The notes beneath the pieces were generated by a model that was given only the letters and a program-made list of their open reading frames with translations, was not told the origin of the DNA and made no database searches. A program made the position numbers and the translations under genes. Below are positions 42,240 to 56,741 of a stretch of 64,000 nucleotides of DNA, piece by piece. The stretch comes from Eledone cirrhosa. Lineage: Eukaryota. Numbering within the stretch: the first letter of the stretch is position 1; every line of letters starts with the position of its first letter. The DNA lies in assembly GCA_964016885.1 (NCBI GenBank), contig OZ024740.1, positions 257,982,001-258,046,000 on the forward strand. The letters are read 5' to 3'.

Positions 42240-43950
42240 ACATGACTGGAAATATGCACTAATGGTGGTTCACTGTAAAGACAAAGGTGAAAAGGACGAC
42301 AGTAGCAGTTACCGTGGGATATCCATTTTGTCTGTTTTAAGCATGGTCTTATGTAATATGACACTTGACTGGCTCCTTGACAACATCGCTGGTGAAACGA
42401 TTCCTCAATCTCAGTGTGGCTTTAGAAATGGTAGAGGTACAACGGGCATGATCTTTACGGTGAGACAGCTGCAAGAAAATGCATTTAACTGAGCCTGAAG
42501 GTTTTTATCGATCTGATAAATGCTCTTTGATACAGTCAATAGAATTGTCTTGAGGAATATTCTTAGGAAGCTCGGGTGTCCTAATAAATGTGTCTGTGTT
42601 TAGAGGCTTCCATGATGGAATGGAGACAATTCTTAATGTGGTTGGTAAGCCCTCTGATCGCATTGTGTTCGAAAACGGTGCTAAGCAAGGAGACATTCCG
42701 GTGCCGATTCTGTTTGCGTTGCACATTTCTGTGGTTTTCTTGATGGCTTTTGAAGTTTGCTTATATGATGTCTACATTTGATATCGAACAGCAGGTAAAA
42801 TGTTCAATGTCAGAAGGTTTGCTGCTGGAACGAAGATATTTACATCGCTGATTCGTGAATTAATGTATGATGACGACTGTGAGCTTGTCGCGCATTCCGA
42901 GAGTATATAAAACATCTCGTGGATTCGTTTTTTAAAGCATTGAGTGCATTGGGCCTCACAATCAGTCTGAAAAGGAGAGTGGTGTTTTACTAACCTGTAC
43001 CAGGCAAAGCTTACTCTACGCCAAACTTATATGTCTATGGCCAGAAATTGAATGTCGTGGATAAGTTTCTATATGTAAGCAGCACTGTAAATATGATCAA
43101 TAATCTGGATGAAGGAATTTCCTTCTGAATCAAAAGTCAAGTAATGCATATGTAAAATTGGATGGATGTCTATAGTATCAGCATATTATTTTCAGTGAGT
43201 CATCACTTGGGTCATCTCAAAAGTTTGGAGCATTTCACCAACAGTGCCTTTGTCGTATACAGGGCATCCACTGAAAAATGTGCGTGGCACTTGAAGTCCT
43301 CGAAATCTTCCATCTAGTAGTCAGAATGGATGATGATCGCTTCCCTAGGCAGTTCCTGTATGGTGAGCTGGTCAAAGGTATACGACCAGCGGACAAAATT
43401 GAGGTATAGGGATTGCATTAAACGCACACCTATATAGATGAGAATGTCAGAGAATGCCTGGGAGAACTTCGCTCTAGATCGACATTCCTGGAGGAAAGCA
43501 GTGCATGATGGGAGGATAGAATTTGAAAGAGACGATGGTGAACATGAACAGCTCAATCCGTGTGCTCGTAAGGGCCTTGAGTTTGGTTTGTCTAATTTTC
43601 TTGGCAAACAGATTGATTTAACCTGTAAAGAATGTGACTGGTTATGTATAAGTCGACGGGCCTTAGAAGTCATCGGAGAAGCCACATAAACGGGGACACT
43701 GACAACTGTGAATTTTATGGTATTTCTGTTTGTGGGGAGTGTGGAAAAAGGTGTGTCTCAGTTAGCGGACTGAAACGTCATTTGAAAGTGTGCCATAATA
43801 GGACTGTGACACATACTGCGAGAGACTCCTATTGTTGTAACGTCTCTGCAAGAGTGTGCAAGTTCCTAACAGGGCTGAAAAGCCACGTCCGTGCTGCTCA
43901 TTCTTAGGTATCAAACGACAGCATTACTCGAAATCGATTTGCAGCCATCA
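42240..43950 (+). mobile_element. RTE/BovB-like LINE 3' half (RT, C2H2-like fingers, 3' stem-loop)
   Basis: YRGISILS, PQSQCGFRNGRGT, NGAKQGD, LMYDDD, CGECGKRCVSVSGLKRH, GLKSHVRAAH. Confidence 0.9.
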
Positions 43951-44000
43951 CACACACATACACACACGCACACACAAACACACGCACACACACACACACA

Positions 44001-44057
<57 letters not shown>

Positions 44058-44156
44058 CGCATACGTACATATGAATATGCATATATATGTGTGTATGTGT
44101 ACATACTTACATATATATATATATGTGTGTGTTTGTGCGTGCGTATAGACAGACAG

Positions 44157-44243
<87 letters not shown>

Positions 44244-45617
44244 GACATACTCTGTAACAGGCACCCATTTTTAATGTGCCCTGCATTATATTAAGATTCC
44301 CTTCCCCATTCGACATGGTTTATGCCCCGATTTAGTGTGAAAGCAGATGTTGAATAATTATTAAGTCCTACGGAAGGAGCAGGAGACTGATGAAGAGGAG
44401 GAGACGCAGGGAGAAGGGGAGGATGTAGAATTAGTACAGGGCGAGTGTTTTGAGCAACGATTTCGTTCTCGCCCCAGAGCAGGGGAAATGGAAAAATATG
44501 CCCGAAACTATTCTAACATTGGAACGGTTCTGAATATGGGTGATCGGAGAAGCCCCCCTCTCTCTCTCTCTCTCTCAAATAATCTATCTATCTATCTCAC
44601 TATCTGTCACTTCCGTTCTTCTTTTCGTTTATTCTTTCTTTCTTTCTCTCACACCGTCTCTCTCACTCACTCTCTATGTAAATATCTATCTATCTATAAA
44701 CACACACATGTATTTCTCAGTCTGTCTTTATGTTAATCATCAACGTCATCAACATCATCATCATATTCCTTTTCACCTTCATTCTTCTTCTTCTTCTTCT
44801 TCTTCTTCTTCTTCTTCTTCTTCTTCTTCTTCTTCTTCTTCTTCTTCTTCTTCTTCTTCTTTTTCTTTTTCTTTTTCTTCTTCTTCTTCTTCTTCTTCTT
44901 CTTGACTCCCTCTTCCCTCCCTCTTATCTTATACCCCCTGCTATTTGTTTCTGTTTTCCTTGCTCTCCTTCTAACAGAGTGACCCCCACTCCACCATACA
45001 ACCCCCTCGCCCGCTCCGTAAATAGTTATTGTTTAATTTCTATTTACACGTCAATTATACGTGTTATTGTTATTCTTATTTTTGTTGTTGCTCTTGTTAT
45101 TGTTACAGTTGTTGTTATTGCTAGTATTTCCTTTTGTCATTGTTGCTGTTACTGTTGTTGTCTGTGTTTGTTCTCCTAATTGTTACCCTAAGCTATTGTT
45201 AATGTTATCGTTGCTGTTGCTGTTATTGTTATTGTTATTGTTGTTTGGAGACCCAATCTGTTCCTTTTTATTCTAAACATCACACAAATAGCACCAAGCT
45301 TCTTCCTACTTTGACGCCACCACTGCCACACACCACCACCAACACCACTACCACCACCCCTGCTACTAACACCATCACTACCACAAACCCCCAGCACTGC
45401 CACCACCATCAACCATCACCACCAACAGCACCATCACCACCATCATCCTCTAGCACCACCACCATCATCACCAACCCATCATCGCCTTCACCACTACCAC
45501 CAACTCCATTGTTATCATCACCGCCGACGCCACCATCACCATCACCACCACCGCCAACACCACCACCACCGCCATCACCACCATCATCACTATTATCAAC
45601 GCCAGTATTACGACTAT

Positions 45618-45649
<32 letters not shown>

Positions 45650-46073
45650 ACAACAACAACAACAACAACGGTATCTTCCTATTCATTGACAGAGGGGTTG
45701 AAGTTTGGGAAGGGGGAGATGGGTAGGTCAGGGGGGAGCTAATTACAAAACACCCCTAAAATTCTATATACATGTCTTTTTAACAAGAGTGGGAATGGCT
45801 GGGGTAGGGAGGAAATAGCTAATTGTAAAATCCTTCCCCACCCGCTACGCCCTAAGCAAACTCTCTAACCACCACACCATTACACCATTATACTACCATA
45901 ATAGTAGTAGTTGTTGTTGCTAAAATGTGTCTGTAATTGCATATTTAAACATACAAACATGAGTGGTGTATATATATATATATATACACACATATATAAA
46001 TATTATATATATACATATATATATGTATATATATCATATAAACATTAAAATGCACGCATACACGCACGAACAC

Positions 46074-46143
<70 letters not shown>

Positions 46144-46237
46144 GGGTAACGTTCAGTTAGTGTAGGTTCACCCGAGTGAGTACTCGATACGTAGTTTCCA
46201 ATCGGTAAAGAGGTGTAGATCTAAGCAGAGTGTAATT

Positions 46238-46419
46238 ATAATTGTTTCTACATTTGGCACAGGGCCACGAAGTATCCCAGTGCATTACTGGTACTTTATT
46301 TTATCGACCCCGCAAGGATGAAAGGCAAAGTTAACCTCGGCGGGATTTGAACTTAGATCGTAAAGGCCCGTAATCCATGCTGCAAAGCATTGCGTCCAAC
46401 GCTCTACCGATATTGCCAA
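46238..46419 (-). mobile_element. tRNA-derived SINE
   Basis: Family match. Confidence 0.9.
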
Positions 46420-46421
46420 AT

Positions 46422-46484
46422 AAAAGCTCGTCGGACCTCTGCTGTAGCAATGTCATTACTACAGCAGAGGTCCCGCGAGCTTTT
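46422..46484. repeat. 63-nt near-perfect hairpin
   Basis: AAAAGCTCG..GGACCTCTGCTGTAG.AATG T CATT.CTACAGCAGAGGTCC..CGAGCTTTT. Confidence 0.9.
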
Positions 46485-46533
46485 GATTCTAGAGTCGGGC
46501 TAGATCGATATAGATAGAACTTTGAGCTGAAAC

Positions 46534-46568
<35 letters not shown>

Positions 46569-46693
46569 GTATATTTATATATGTATATATGTATACATAT
46601 ATTCTAACGATTTTCTCTGTAATAATAATATATTACCTACACTCTACTTTATTAAGCATCGAGCACTATGTTGAACACTACTATATTAATGAG

Positions 46694-46884
46694 GGCGGTA
46701 GATTGGCAGTATCGGTAGAGGGTCGGACGCCATACTTTCCAGCATAGTTACGCCCTTTTACGAACTGATTTCAAATCCCGCCGAGGTTAATTTTGCCTTT
46801 CATCCTTACGTGGTCGATAAAATAATGTACCAGTTATGTACCGGGATAATTGCTGGCCCTGTGCCAAAAGTAGAAACAATTATA
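46694..46884 (+). mobile_element. tRNA-derived SINE
   Basis: Family match. Confidence 0.9.
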
Positions 46885-48182
46885 TTATATTTATTTACAA
46901 TTTTATACTTATTTCTAAACATAACATTTTCTTTCTATAAATATCGGATAACTATTTAATTTAAAAGAATCATTACCAAATATGAATAAGTATATATGCG
47001 ATAATTATTATATAACAATTACCAATATAAAAGTATTTTGAAATTTCGACTTAGAGTGATAACCACAACAATAAGTTATGAATTGACAATAAGGGAAAAT
47101 ATTCGTATATGTATACATAGTTGTATTTCCACTAATGTATTTTAATCTCATTATAAACACATTTTTTCTTCTCATAAACTACCTATCTTTCATTCGACCT
47201 TTTATTCATACATATTGCTTCTTATTCTCTGATAATCATATATAATCACACGTACATTTACTGCCTATATAATATAACACCCGCAGTAAATACGCATATT
47301 TATCTAGTTAAATAATTATTACTAACATATCTTGCTTATCGTGATAATAGCAAAAACAACCTCAAAACTGACAGAATTAAAAAATAAAAAAAGTTCGTAT
47401 TTACGAGCGTCTATAAGATTGCCTGAGTATCATTACATGGAATAACTTAATAAAATCTCCGCAATAAATATACACGGGTGTATATGTTATTAAATATATT
47501 TTCAATGTTTGTGCTCAGCAACACATTAAAACAAACATATAAGAATCAATATTGCACTCCTTATGTTATATATTTACGGATATACCAATGGAAAACTCTT
47601 ATTAATAATGTATAGCAAAATCTGAACCTTTAAATAACACTACATCTATACGTAATACAACTCTTTCGTAATACATATCTTTCTCATCGCCATTTTGAAC
47701 AGTTTTTTGAAACTTTCGTATTTTGTAGAAGGATTTTATGTATTCGATGTCTCTATTGTTTTAATCTGTGAATTAATAGTAAACACTTTAATAACCTCCG
47801 AAGAAACATGTAACTGTTACACATGCAGAAACGGCTGTCTGTAAAAAAATGTTTTAAATATTTGGTGTCATTTAAATTTTAATGTATAACAGCTCTGCAT
47901 TAATTAATTATAACTGTTCTATAACTCTATCGAGTTATAGAACAACATGTAAATAAATATACCATTAATATTATAACTAAAATATTAATACTAGTACTCG
48001 ATTATGCAAACAGCCTCTTAAGCCATGTGAGTAGGATAACCTCGTCATTCTTGCTCTATTATAAGTTGAGCCAACTTATGAAGCTTCATATGCAAATGAG
48101 ATTAATCCCCTCATTTACACAGACGAGAAAACTATATATTCTCGACTGTTTTCAAGTCCAGCAGTCGCAAGCGGTGGGAGGG

Positions 48183-48226
48183 ACCGTCCTGACGAAGGCC
48201 AGTCAAGCCTGAAATGCATAGACGGT
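48183..48226 (+). ncRNA. Canonical minimal type I hammerhead ribozyme
   Basis: ACCGTC-CTGACGA-AGGC cagtcaa GCCT-GAAA-TGCA-TA|GACGGT; all helices pair; helix III ATGCAT palindrome. Confidence 0.92.
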
Positions 48227-48351
48227 TGTGTCCTTTGCTGGACACCACCAGAGGGGGTTAGCCCCGGTGTTTGCATAGCTACGGCTTCCAAAAACCGTGT
48301 TTATATATATATATAGAGAGAGAGATAGATAGATAGATAGATATAGATATA

Positions 48352-48494
48352 TAATTAGAAAGTGAACAACACAATATATAACTAGTCCATTACCAAGGGT
48401 TTCAGGATCCTACACAATATTAAACATAATCTAGTTGGCTCTGAAACCTTTGGTAATGGAGTAGTTATATAGTGTGTTGTTCACTTTCTAATTA
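48352..48494. repeat. Fold-back of 3'-half hammerhead pLTR
   Basis: Arms 48352-48405 / 48441-48494 start at CTGAAACCTTTGGTA|ATGG; same family as 11362. Confidence 0.8.
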
Positions 48495-48556
48495 AATAGC
48501 TCGGTTTTTACATAGAGCACTCCTTTTTTCCTTTGATTTTTCTTCGGAAATACTGG

Positions 48557-48590
<34 letters not shown>

Positions 48591-48597
<7 letters not shown>

Positions 48598-48686
48598 TGA
48601 GATTCTACAGGACTAGAACTGTTTCATTCTTTAGAAACATTTCTAAAAAATGAAACAGTTCTAGTCCTGTAGAATCTCATCTATAT
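48591..48686. repeat. Fold-back of 3'-half hammerhead pLTR
   Basis: Apex TTAGAAA CA TTTCTAA, then GAAA-CAG...CTG-TA|GAATC; related to the 8268 HHR. Confidence 0.85.
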
Positions 48687-48759
48687 TAAAACTTTTATAC
48701 TCTGCAATGTATTGAGTACCTTATTCACTGTGGTTACCTCCGATTCAACCCGGAATAAC

Positions 48760-48800
<41 letters not shown>

Positions 48801-48803
<3 letters not shown>

Positions 48804-50008
48804 AAATATGATAATTATGGAGCTGCGGCGCTGCAAATGGGTTACATATGAAAAAGTTTGTCCTCATCAGTGGCCTTCCAACCGTCGTAGGCATTTCGTC
48901 GCATTAAAGGCCATATACCTCAGGTTGGTGCGAGCAACGGCTAAAAAAAGTCGTTGGGACACGTAAATAAGGGGGACGCTAGGGTAAACAAACAAAATGG
49001 TTTAAGCAACAGAAAGTGATGAAGAAGAAAGAAACAAGTCCCAGATTTCTATGAATATAAATTCGGTGGAATCGTGAACGAGAGAATAAAGACCATCAAA
49101 CCTGGTTGAAATGTGAGCAAGGAAGGAATTTCGCACAGGTCTAACGGGAGGAAGAAGGGGTCTGGTCTGCGAATTCGGTAAACATAAGTTCTGTGAAGTC
49201 GCAGACGAGAGAGAGAGAAAAAAAATTCATACCGGCTTGGCCAAGTACCCGCGAGAAAAGGATTACGGACAGGTCAAACGGGAAGAAAGGGGAGGAGGAG
49301 AGGTAGTGACAGAGAGTGAGTGAGTGAAAGGTGAGGAAGAGGCTAACAGAGAGAGAGAGACTGCTAGAAAGGGTAAAGACACAAAGAACGAAACAGACTG
49401 GTGGCAGCGGAGGAAAAAATATATGTGTAAATATGATAATAATGGAGCTGCGGCGCTGCAAATGGGTTACATATGAAAAAGTTTGTCCTCATCAGTGGCC
49501 TTCCAACCGTCGTAGGCATTTCGTCGCATTAAAGGCCATATACCTCAGGTTGGTGCGAGCAACGGCTAAAAAAAGTCGTTGGGACACGTAAATAAGGGGG
49601 ACGCTAGGGTAAACAAACAAAATGGTTTAAGCAACAGAAAGTGATGAAGAAGAAAGAAACAAGTCCCAGATTTCTATGAATATAAATTCGGTGGAATCGT
49701 GAACGAGAGAATAAAGACCATCAAACCTGGTTGAAATGTGAGCAAGGAAGGAATTTCGCACAGGTCTAACGGGAGGAAGAAAGGATCTGGTCTGCGAATT
49801 CGGTAGAAATCTGGGACTTGTTTCTTTCTTCTTCATCACTTTCTGTTGCTTAAACCATTTTGTTTGTTTACCCTAGCGTCCCCCTTATTTACGTGTCCCA
49901 ACGACTTTTTTTAGCCGTTGCTCGCACCAACCTGAGGTATATGGCCTTTAATGCGACGAAATGCCTACGACGGTTGGAAGGCCACTGATGAGGACAAACT
50001 TTTTCATA
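48801..50008. repeat. 625-bp-period partial tandem plus inverted third copy, between (TA)n tracts (PLE-like architecture)
   Basis: 48801-49180 = 49426-49805; 49805-50008 is the reverse complement of about 49470-49676. Confidence 0.9.
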
Positions 50009-50084
50009 TATATATATATATATTTATTTCGTTTCTGAATTTGTTTAGCAAGATTCTTTATCTGAAAACGTGTGTTGAAACCGA

Positions 50085-50760
50085 TATTGTTATAGTTTGG
50101 GAGGGTCATGTGCCAATAAGAAACACACGCACCAGATGCTTTCACTTCCATTTATTATAATAAATTTATAAATTTAGGAATTTATACATTTCCGGTTGGT
50201 TGGTTGGTTCCACAACCAGATGATTGTTTATATATTGTCAACGTTCTTTCGTCACACACACAAAAGAGGCAATGTTTAGACAAATCACAGAGGCAATAAA
50301 CATAAATGAACTCCAACCAAAATTAAATAGAAAACATGAATGGAACAGCAGCATCACAACTTACAATTAAGGACAAAATGAAAACACACACATAGAACAA
50401 ACAACCAACCAGTAACATGTAAATAAACAAATAAATAAACAAATATAATCACACACAGACACCCGGATGTAACACATACACAAACTAAGCACACAACACA
50501 CACAAAAACAAGATGGCGTAGGACAGAACAAAGGAGAGGCACAAAAACAAAGAAAAGAATCCCCAGTCACTGAAGAGGTCACATAATGTGTGACGAAAGA
50601 ACTTTGGCAATATATGAACAATCATCTGGTTGTGGAACCAACCAACCAACCGGAAATTCATAAATTCCTAAATTTATAAATTTATTATAATAAATTCCAT
50701 TTAATGCATCTGGTGCGTGTCTTTCTTACTGGCAACATGACCCTCCCAAAGTATAACAAT
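50085..50760 (+). mobile_element. Poseidon-like PLE 3' fragment with inverted 5' pLTR
   Basis: 50085-50258 is the inverse of 50588-50760; the middle encodes ELQPKLNRKHEWNS. Confidence 0.85.
50566..50608 (+). ncRNA. Hammerhead with one extra core nucleotide
   Basis: GTCA-CTGAAGA-G-GTCACA taatg TGTGAC-GAAA-GAAC-TT|TGGC. Confidence 0.7.
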
Positions 50761-50771
50761 ATATATATATA

Positions 50772-50856
<85 letters not shown>

Positions 50857-50984
50857 AAGTATGTTTTGAAACAGTGAGCGAGTTTGAAATTAGAAATATA
50901 AGCTTTCACCGTAATTTTGACTAAAGAAATTTTTAGCCTGATAGTGGGGTTTAGAACCCTCAGAGAAATGGAAAAAGATGAGTT

Positions 50985-51055
50985 TGACGTACATGGGAGT
51001 CGAACTCACATCTTTGGTTACCCAGACCACTGTGCTACCATTACACCAACACATC
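50985..51055 (-). tRNA. tRNA-like sequence (anticodon position GGG); pseudo-tRNA or SINE head
   Basis: Inverted copy of 51270-51340; one T-stem mismatch. Confidence 0.5.
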
Positions 51056-51269
51056 ACCCATCTCCTTCCATTCAATGTACGTCAATACTCATCTTTTTCC
51101 ATTTCTCTGAGGGTTCTAAACCCCACTGTCAGGCTAAACATTTCTTCAGTCAAAAATACGGTGAAAGCCTATATTTCTAATTTCAAACTCGCTCACTGTT
51201 TCAAAACATTGTTACGTGTCATTTACTTGCTAAGAATGTAGCTTCTAATTTGAATGGAAGGAGATGGGT

Positions 51270-51340
51270 GATGTGTTGGTGTAATGGTAGCACAGTGGTC
51301 TGGATAACCAAAGATGTGGGTTCGACTCCCATGTACGTCA
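51270..51340 (+). tRNA. tRNA-like sequence (anticodon position GGA) with T6 terminator
   Basis: GATGTGT-TG-GTGT AATGGTA GCAC-A-GTGGT CTGGATA ACCAA-AGAT-GTGGG TTCGACT CCCAT-GTACGTC-A; TTTTTT at 51350-51355; non-canonical U37 and wobble-rich acceptor. Confidence 0.55.
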
Positions 51341-51708
51341 ATACTCATCTTTTTTCCATTTCTCTGAGGGTTCTAAACCCCACCATCAGGCTAGAAATTT
51401 CTTTAGTCAAAATACGGTGAAAGCTTATATTTCTAATTTTATATATATATAGACAATCGCCAAAGACAGACGAATGCGAGAAAGTTCTCCAACCCAAGTT
51501 AACCAGGAATCTTTAAAATTCTTCCCACCGAAGTTAAAGAACTTAAGTCATTCTTTTCCCTTTTTTTCAAATATACCGAACTGTACCAAGGATCTTACAC
51601 ATTTTCCAATATATAATACCAATGATGGTTGGAAAATCACTGACAAAGGACTATTTTTATCTTATGTAACCCATGTGCAAACCACGCAATATTCTTCTTT
51701 CTTCTCAT

Positions 51709-51748
<40 letters not shown>

Positions 51749-52097
51749 ATGTATGTATAAGCATACATATTACATATATCATACATACTTATAAACATTC
51801 ATACGTATTGTACAAAGATACATGCATGTATGCATGTATACATACATACATACATACATACATACATACATACATACATACATACATACATACATGCATG
51901 CATACATACATACATACATACATACATACATACATACATACATACATACATACATACATACATACATACATACATACACAACAGTTAACTATTTAAGATG
52001 TCAACATCAACGACAATTACGATCCATAGAAGGCGAGGAGAAAGTTACGACCAATCCATCAAATTGAATTTTGTGGTAACCGTAATGGCTTACTTTT

Positions 52098-52932
52098 TTA
52101 CTGTTGTTGATGTAGTCGTTGTTGTTGTTGTTGTAGTCGGTTTTGTTGTTGTAGCTGTTGTTGTTGTTGTCGTAGTTGTTGTTGTAGTCGTTGTTGTTGT
52201 TGTAGCTGTTGTTGTTGATGTAATCGTAGTTGTCGTTAATGTCGTTGTTGTTGTTGTAGCTGGTGTTGTTGTTGTTGATGTAGTCGTAGTGGTCGTTAAT
52301 GTCGTTGTTGTTGTTGTAGCTGTTGTTGTTGTTGTTGATATAGTTGTCGTTGAAGTCGTTGTTGTTGTTGTAGCTGTTGTTGTTTTTACGGCTGCTGTTG
52401 TATTTGTTACTTGTGTAACGATCTTTTGTTGTTGTTCTTACTTTTGTAGATTGTTTTCTTATTGTTGTTATAATCTGAACTTGTCATATTTGTTGCATTT
52501 ATTACCGTTGCAGCCTTTAGTTGTTGTCGTCAGTAGTTATTGTTGTAGATATTGTTGTAGTTATAGCTGACAATGATGATGACGGCGACGACAATGACTG
52601 CAATGATGCCGTGGACAAAGTCTATGACAATGAAGGTGATGATGATGGTGGTGCTCGTATATGATGATGATGATGACGATGATGGTGAGGACGAAGTCGA
52701 CAATGATGATGATGTGGTGGTGGTGGTTGTGGTAATGATGACGAGGACAAAGTTGACAATAATGATGCGCAGGATGATGTTGGTGATGGTGGTGGTGGTT
52801 GTGGTGACAATGATGATGATGATGGCGGCGACGATGATGACGAAACTTGCAAGAACGAAATTGACAATAATGATGGTCATACCGATAATGACCATAATTA
52901 CGATGATGGTGATGATGGTAACGATGACAATA
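52098..52932. repeat. (GTT)n and (GAT/GGT)n low-complexity tracts
   Basis: Direct reading. Confidence 0.9.
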
Positions 52933-53040
52933 ATTTGGCCGTTGTCTAAACTGTCTGTCATGCTATATTACCTTTTATTCTTTGGCACATAAAGAATGGA
53001 TGAGAAAAAGATGTTTAAGAGTTAAATATTCTGGCTTCGT

Positions 53041-55055
53041 TACACCACCTACACCACACCACCTACACTACACCACCTACACCACATAACCTACACCACA
53101 CCAACTACACCACACCACCTACACCACACCACCTACACCACACCACCTACACCACACCAACTACACCACACCACCTACACCACACCACACCACCTACACC
53201 ACACCACCTACACCACGCCACCTACACTACACCACACCACCTACACTACACCACCTACACCACACCACCTACACCACACCACCTACACCACGCCACCTAC
53301 ACTACACCACACCACCTACACTACACCACCTACACCACACCACCTACACCACACCACCTACACCACACCAACTACACCACACCACCTACACCACACCACA
53401 CCACCTACAGCACACCACCTACACCACACCACCTACACCACACCACATACAGCACACCACCTACACCACACAACACCACACCACCTACACTACACCACCT
53501 ACACAACACCACCTACACCACACCACCTACACCACACCAACTACACCACACCACCTACACCACACCAACTACACCACACCACCTACACCACACCACACCA
53601 CCTACAGCACACCACCTACACCACACCACCTACACCACACCACATACAGCACACCACCTACACCACACAACACCACACCACCTACACTACACCACCTACA
53701 CAACACCACCTACAAGACACCACATACACCACACCACATACACCACACCACCTACACCACACGATCTACATCACACCACATACACCACACCACCTGCACC
53801 ACACCACCTACACTACACCACCTACACCACACCACCTACACCACACCACCTACACCACACCACACCACCTACACCACACCACGCCACCTAGACCACACCA
53901 CCTACAGCACACCACCTACAGCACACCACCTACACCACACCACCTACACCACCTACACCACACCACCTACACTACACCGCCTACACCACCTACACCACAC
54001 CACCTACACTACACCATCTACACCACCTACACCACACCACCTACACTACACCACCTACACCACCTACACCACACCACCTACACTACACCATCTACACCAT
54101 ACCACCTACACCACACCACCTACACCACACCACGCCACCTACACCATACCACACCACCTACACCACACCACCTACACCATACCACACCACCTACACCACA
54201 TCACCATCACCTACACCACACCACCTACACCACACCACACCACCTACACCACACCACCTACACCACACCTCACCACACCACCTACACCACACCACACCAC
54301 CTACACCACACCACCTACACCACACAACACCACCTACACCACATCACCATCACCTACACCACACCACCTACACCACACCACCTACACCACACAACACCAC
54401 CTACACCACACAACACCAACTACACCACACCACACCACCTACACCACACCACCTACACCACACAACACCACCTACACCACACCACACCACACCACCTACA
54501 CCACACGACCTACACCACACCACACCACCTACACTACACCACCTACACCACACCACCTACACCACACCACCTACACCACACCACCTACACCACACCACAC
54601 CACGTACACTACACCACCTACACCACACCACCTACACCACACCACCTACACCACACCACCTACACCACACCACACCACCTACACCACACCACACCACACC
54701 ACCTACACCACACCACCTACACAACACCACACCACCTACACCACACCACCTACACCACACCACCTACACCACACCACACCACCTACACCACACCACACCA
54801 CCTACACCACACCACCTACACCACACCACCTTCACCACACCACCCACACCACACCACCTACACCACACCACACCACCTACACCACACCACCTACACCACA
54901 CCACCTACACCACACCACCTACACCGCATCACCTACACCACACCACCTACACCACGCCGCCTACACCACACCACACTACACCACACCACCTACACCACAC
55001 TACACCAAACCACACCACACTACACTGTACCACACTACACCACACTACACCACAC
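53041..55055. repeat. ~2-kb minisatellite of CCACA and CCACCTACA modules (14-mer ACCACACCACCTAC)
   Basis: Direct reading. Confidence 0.95.
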
Positions 55056-55326
55056 CATACAACACCACACTACCCACAACACACCACTCCACTCAGCCCA
55101 CACCACACCACACTCACACAAACTCACACAATCACATATCCGTGTATCAACTACCATGAAAAGAGGCCCAGTCGAAACGATCAACGGAAAAACCTGCTCG
55201 TAAAATGAACGCACAAATGGCTCATTGTTCAAAATACACTTATACCTATACCGTAACTCTTCAGTGTGGCCAACTGTTTTGAATTAGTTGGCTAAAAGGC
55301 TATTTAGTTGGTTCGTAGTTGCGAGG

Positions 55327-55494
<168 letters not shown>

Positions 55495-56335
55495 AGAATG
55501 ATAGAATTGGTGTTAGTAGTGATGGTAGTGTTGGTGATGTTGTTGATGGTGATTGTGATGGTGATGGTGTTGTTGACGCTAATATTGGTGGTGGAAACTG
55601 TTGTTTCTACTAAATAGGGCAAGTTAACCAGCCGGATCATTTTATCTCTAAGATTAATGGGACACTTTGACAATATCATGGTAATCCACCGAAACGCTCC
55701 TCAATTCTAGAGTGGTCCCAACATTTACAGCTTTGAAATATCCTTTACAGAGATATCTGCGTATCTCCAGTTTCTTTACAGATCACATTTACCAGTTGCG
55801 TCATTGTCATATGATAATAAGTAAAACATGTAAAATGGTTATGATTGGGGGGGGGGGGATATTATTTTTAGCAGGTTGAATTACCATTTCCACCCGTGGC
55901 TATCACATCTGTTACACACGCAGAGTGAACAATGGACATTACTATCTAATATATTCTACGTTTCTAAGATTTTAAGTTGTTATTTGAGAAAGATCTGTCA
56001 GGTATTTTTAATGATTTACAATGAGCCAAGACAATAGATGGCAATATTTTTAATTTATTAGGGTAAATTATTATTTCATACTTTAAATATTCAACGTAGA
56101 TATTTATTTCTCCTCTGGGCAAACGTTCAACAATTAGCTTCTTTCAAAGTCTAACAGATAATACAATTATTTTGTTGTTGCTTCATGTTCGTGGTGGCCA
56201 GAATGGTTAATGATTTGTCATATACACACCTTAATATAAACAGAATAAAGGGCAGTGTCAGATAGTTTGGTATTTAAAACTTTAACAAAGTTTTATACAA
56301 AATTGTTATGGAAGGCTTTTAGTTGAATATCACTA

Positions 56336-56741
56336 CTCTCAGGTCGCGGATAATCGCCCCCCACCCTGCTTATTAATTTTTTTTCAGATTCTTAACAACA
56401 ACACGCCCCTCTACCCGTGGATATACCCTATCCCCGTGTGCTTATTAAATTTTGCTACCCTATCTCCGACGAAATTTTATTTTATGTGGTAGCATTGCTA
56501 TGACAGTTAATTTTCTTTTTACGTTAAAAAAAAACTAGCATTATACATGTCAAAACCAAAAAAAGAGAAACATTACTAGAAACCCCGTTATAAGATAAAA
56601 AGGAGATCTTGGGTCTCAATATGTAAAGTAAACGACTAATTCTGTTTTGTATTTTAATAAACAACGGTGACAAACTAGAAAAATCATTGATCCTCCCTTC
56701 CCCCCTTACCCCCCCTCCCTCTATTATTTGGGACCCGAGAG
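56336..56741. mobile_element. Tc1/mariner-pogo type MITE
   Basis: TA|CTCTCAGGTCGCGGATAAT ... ATTATTTGGGACCCGAGAG|TA imperfect TIRs with TA flanks. Confidence 0.7.

Noticed and set aside
43644-43907. Host C2H2 zinc-finger gene
   Set aside because: Contiguous with the RTE RT remnant and 3' tail; lacks TGEKP linkers
53041-55055. Telomeric array or CRISPR
   Set aside because: No TTAGGG units and no unique spacers
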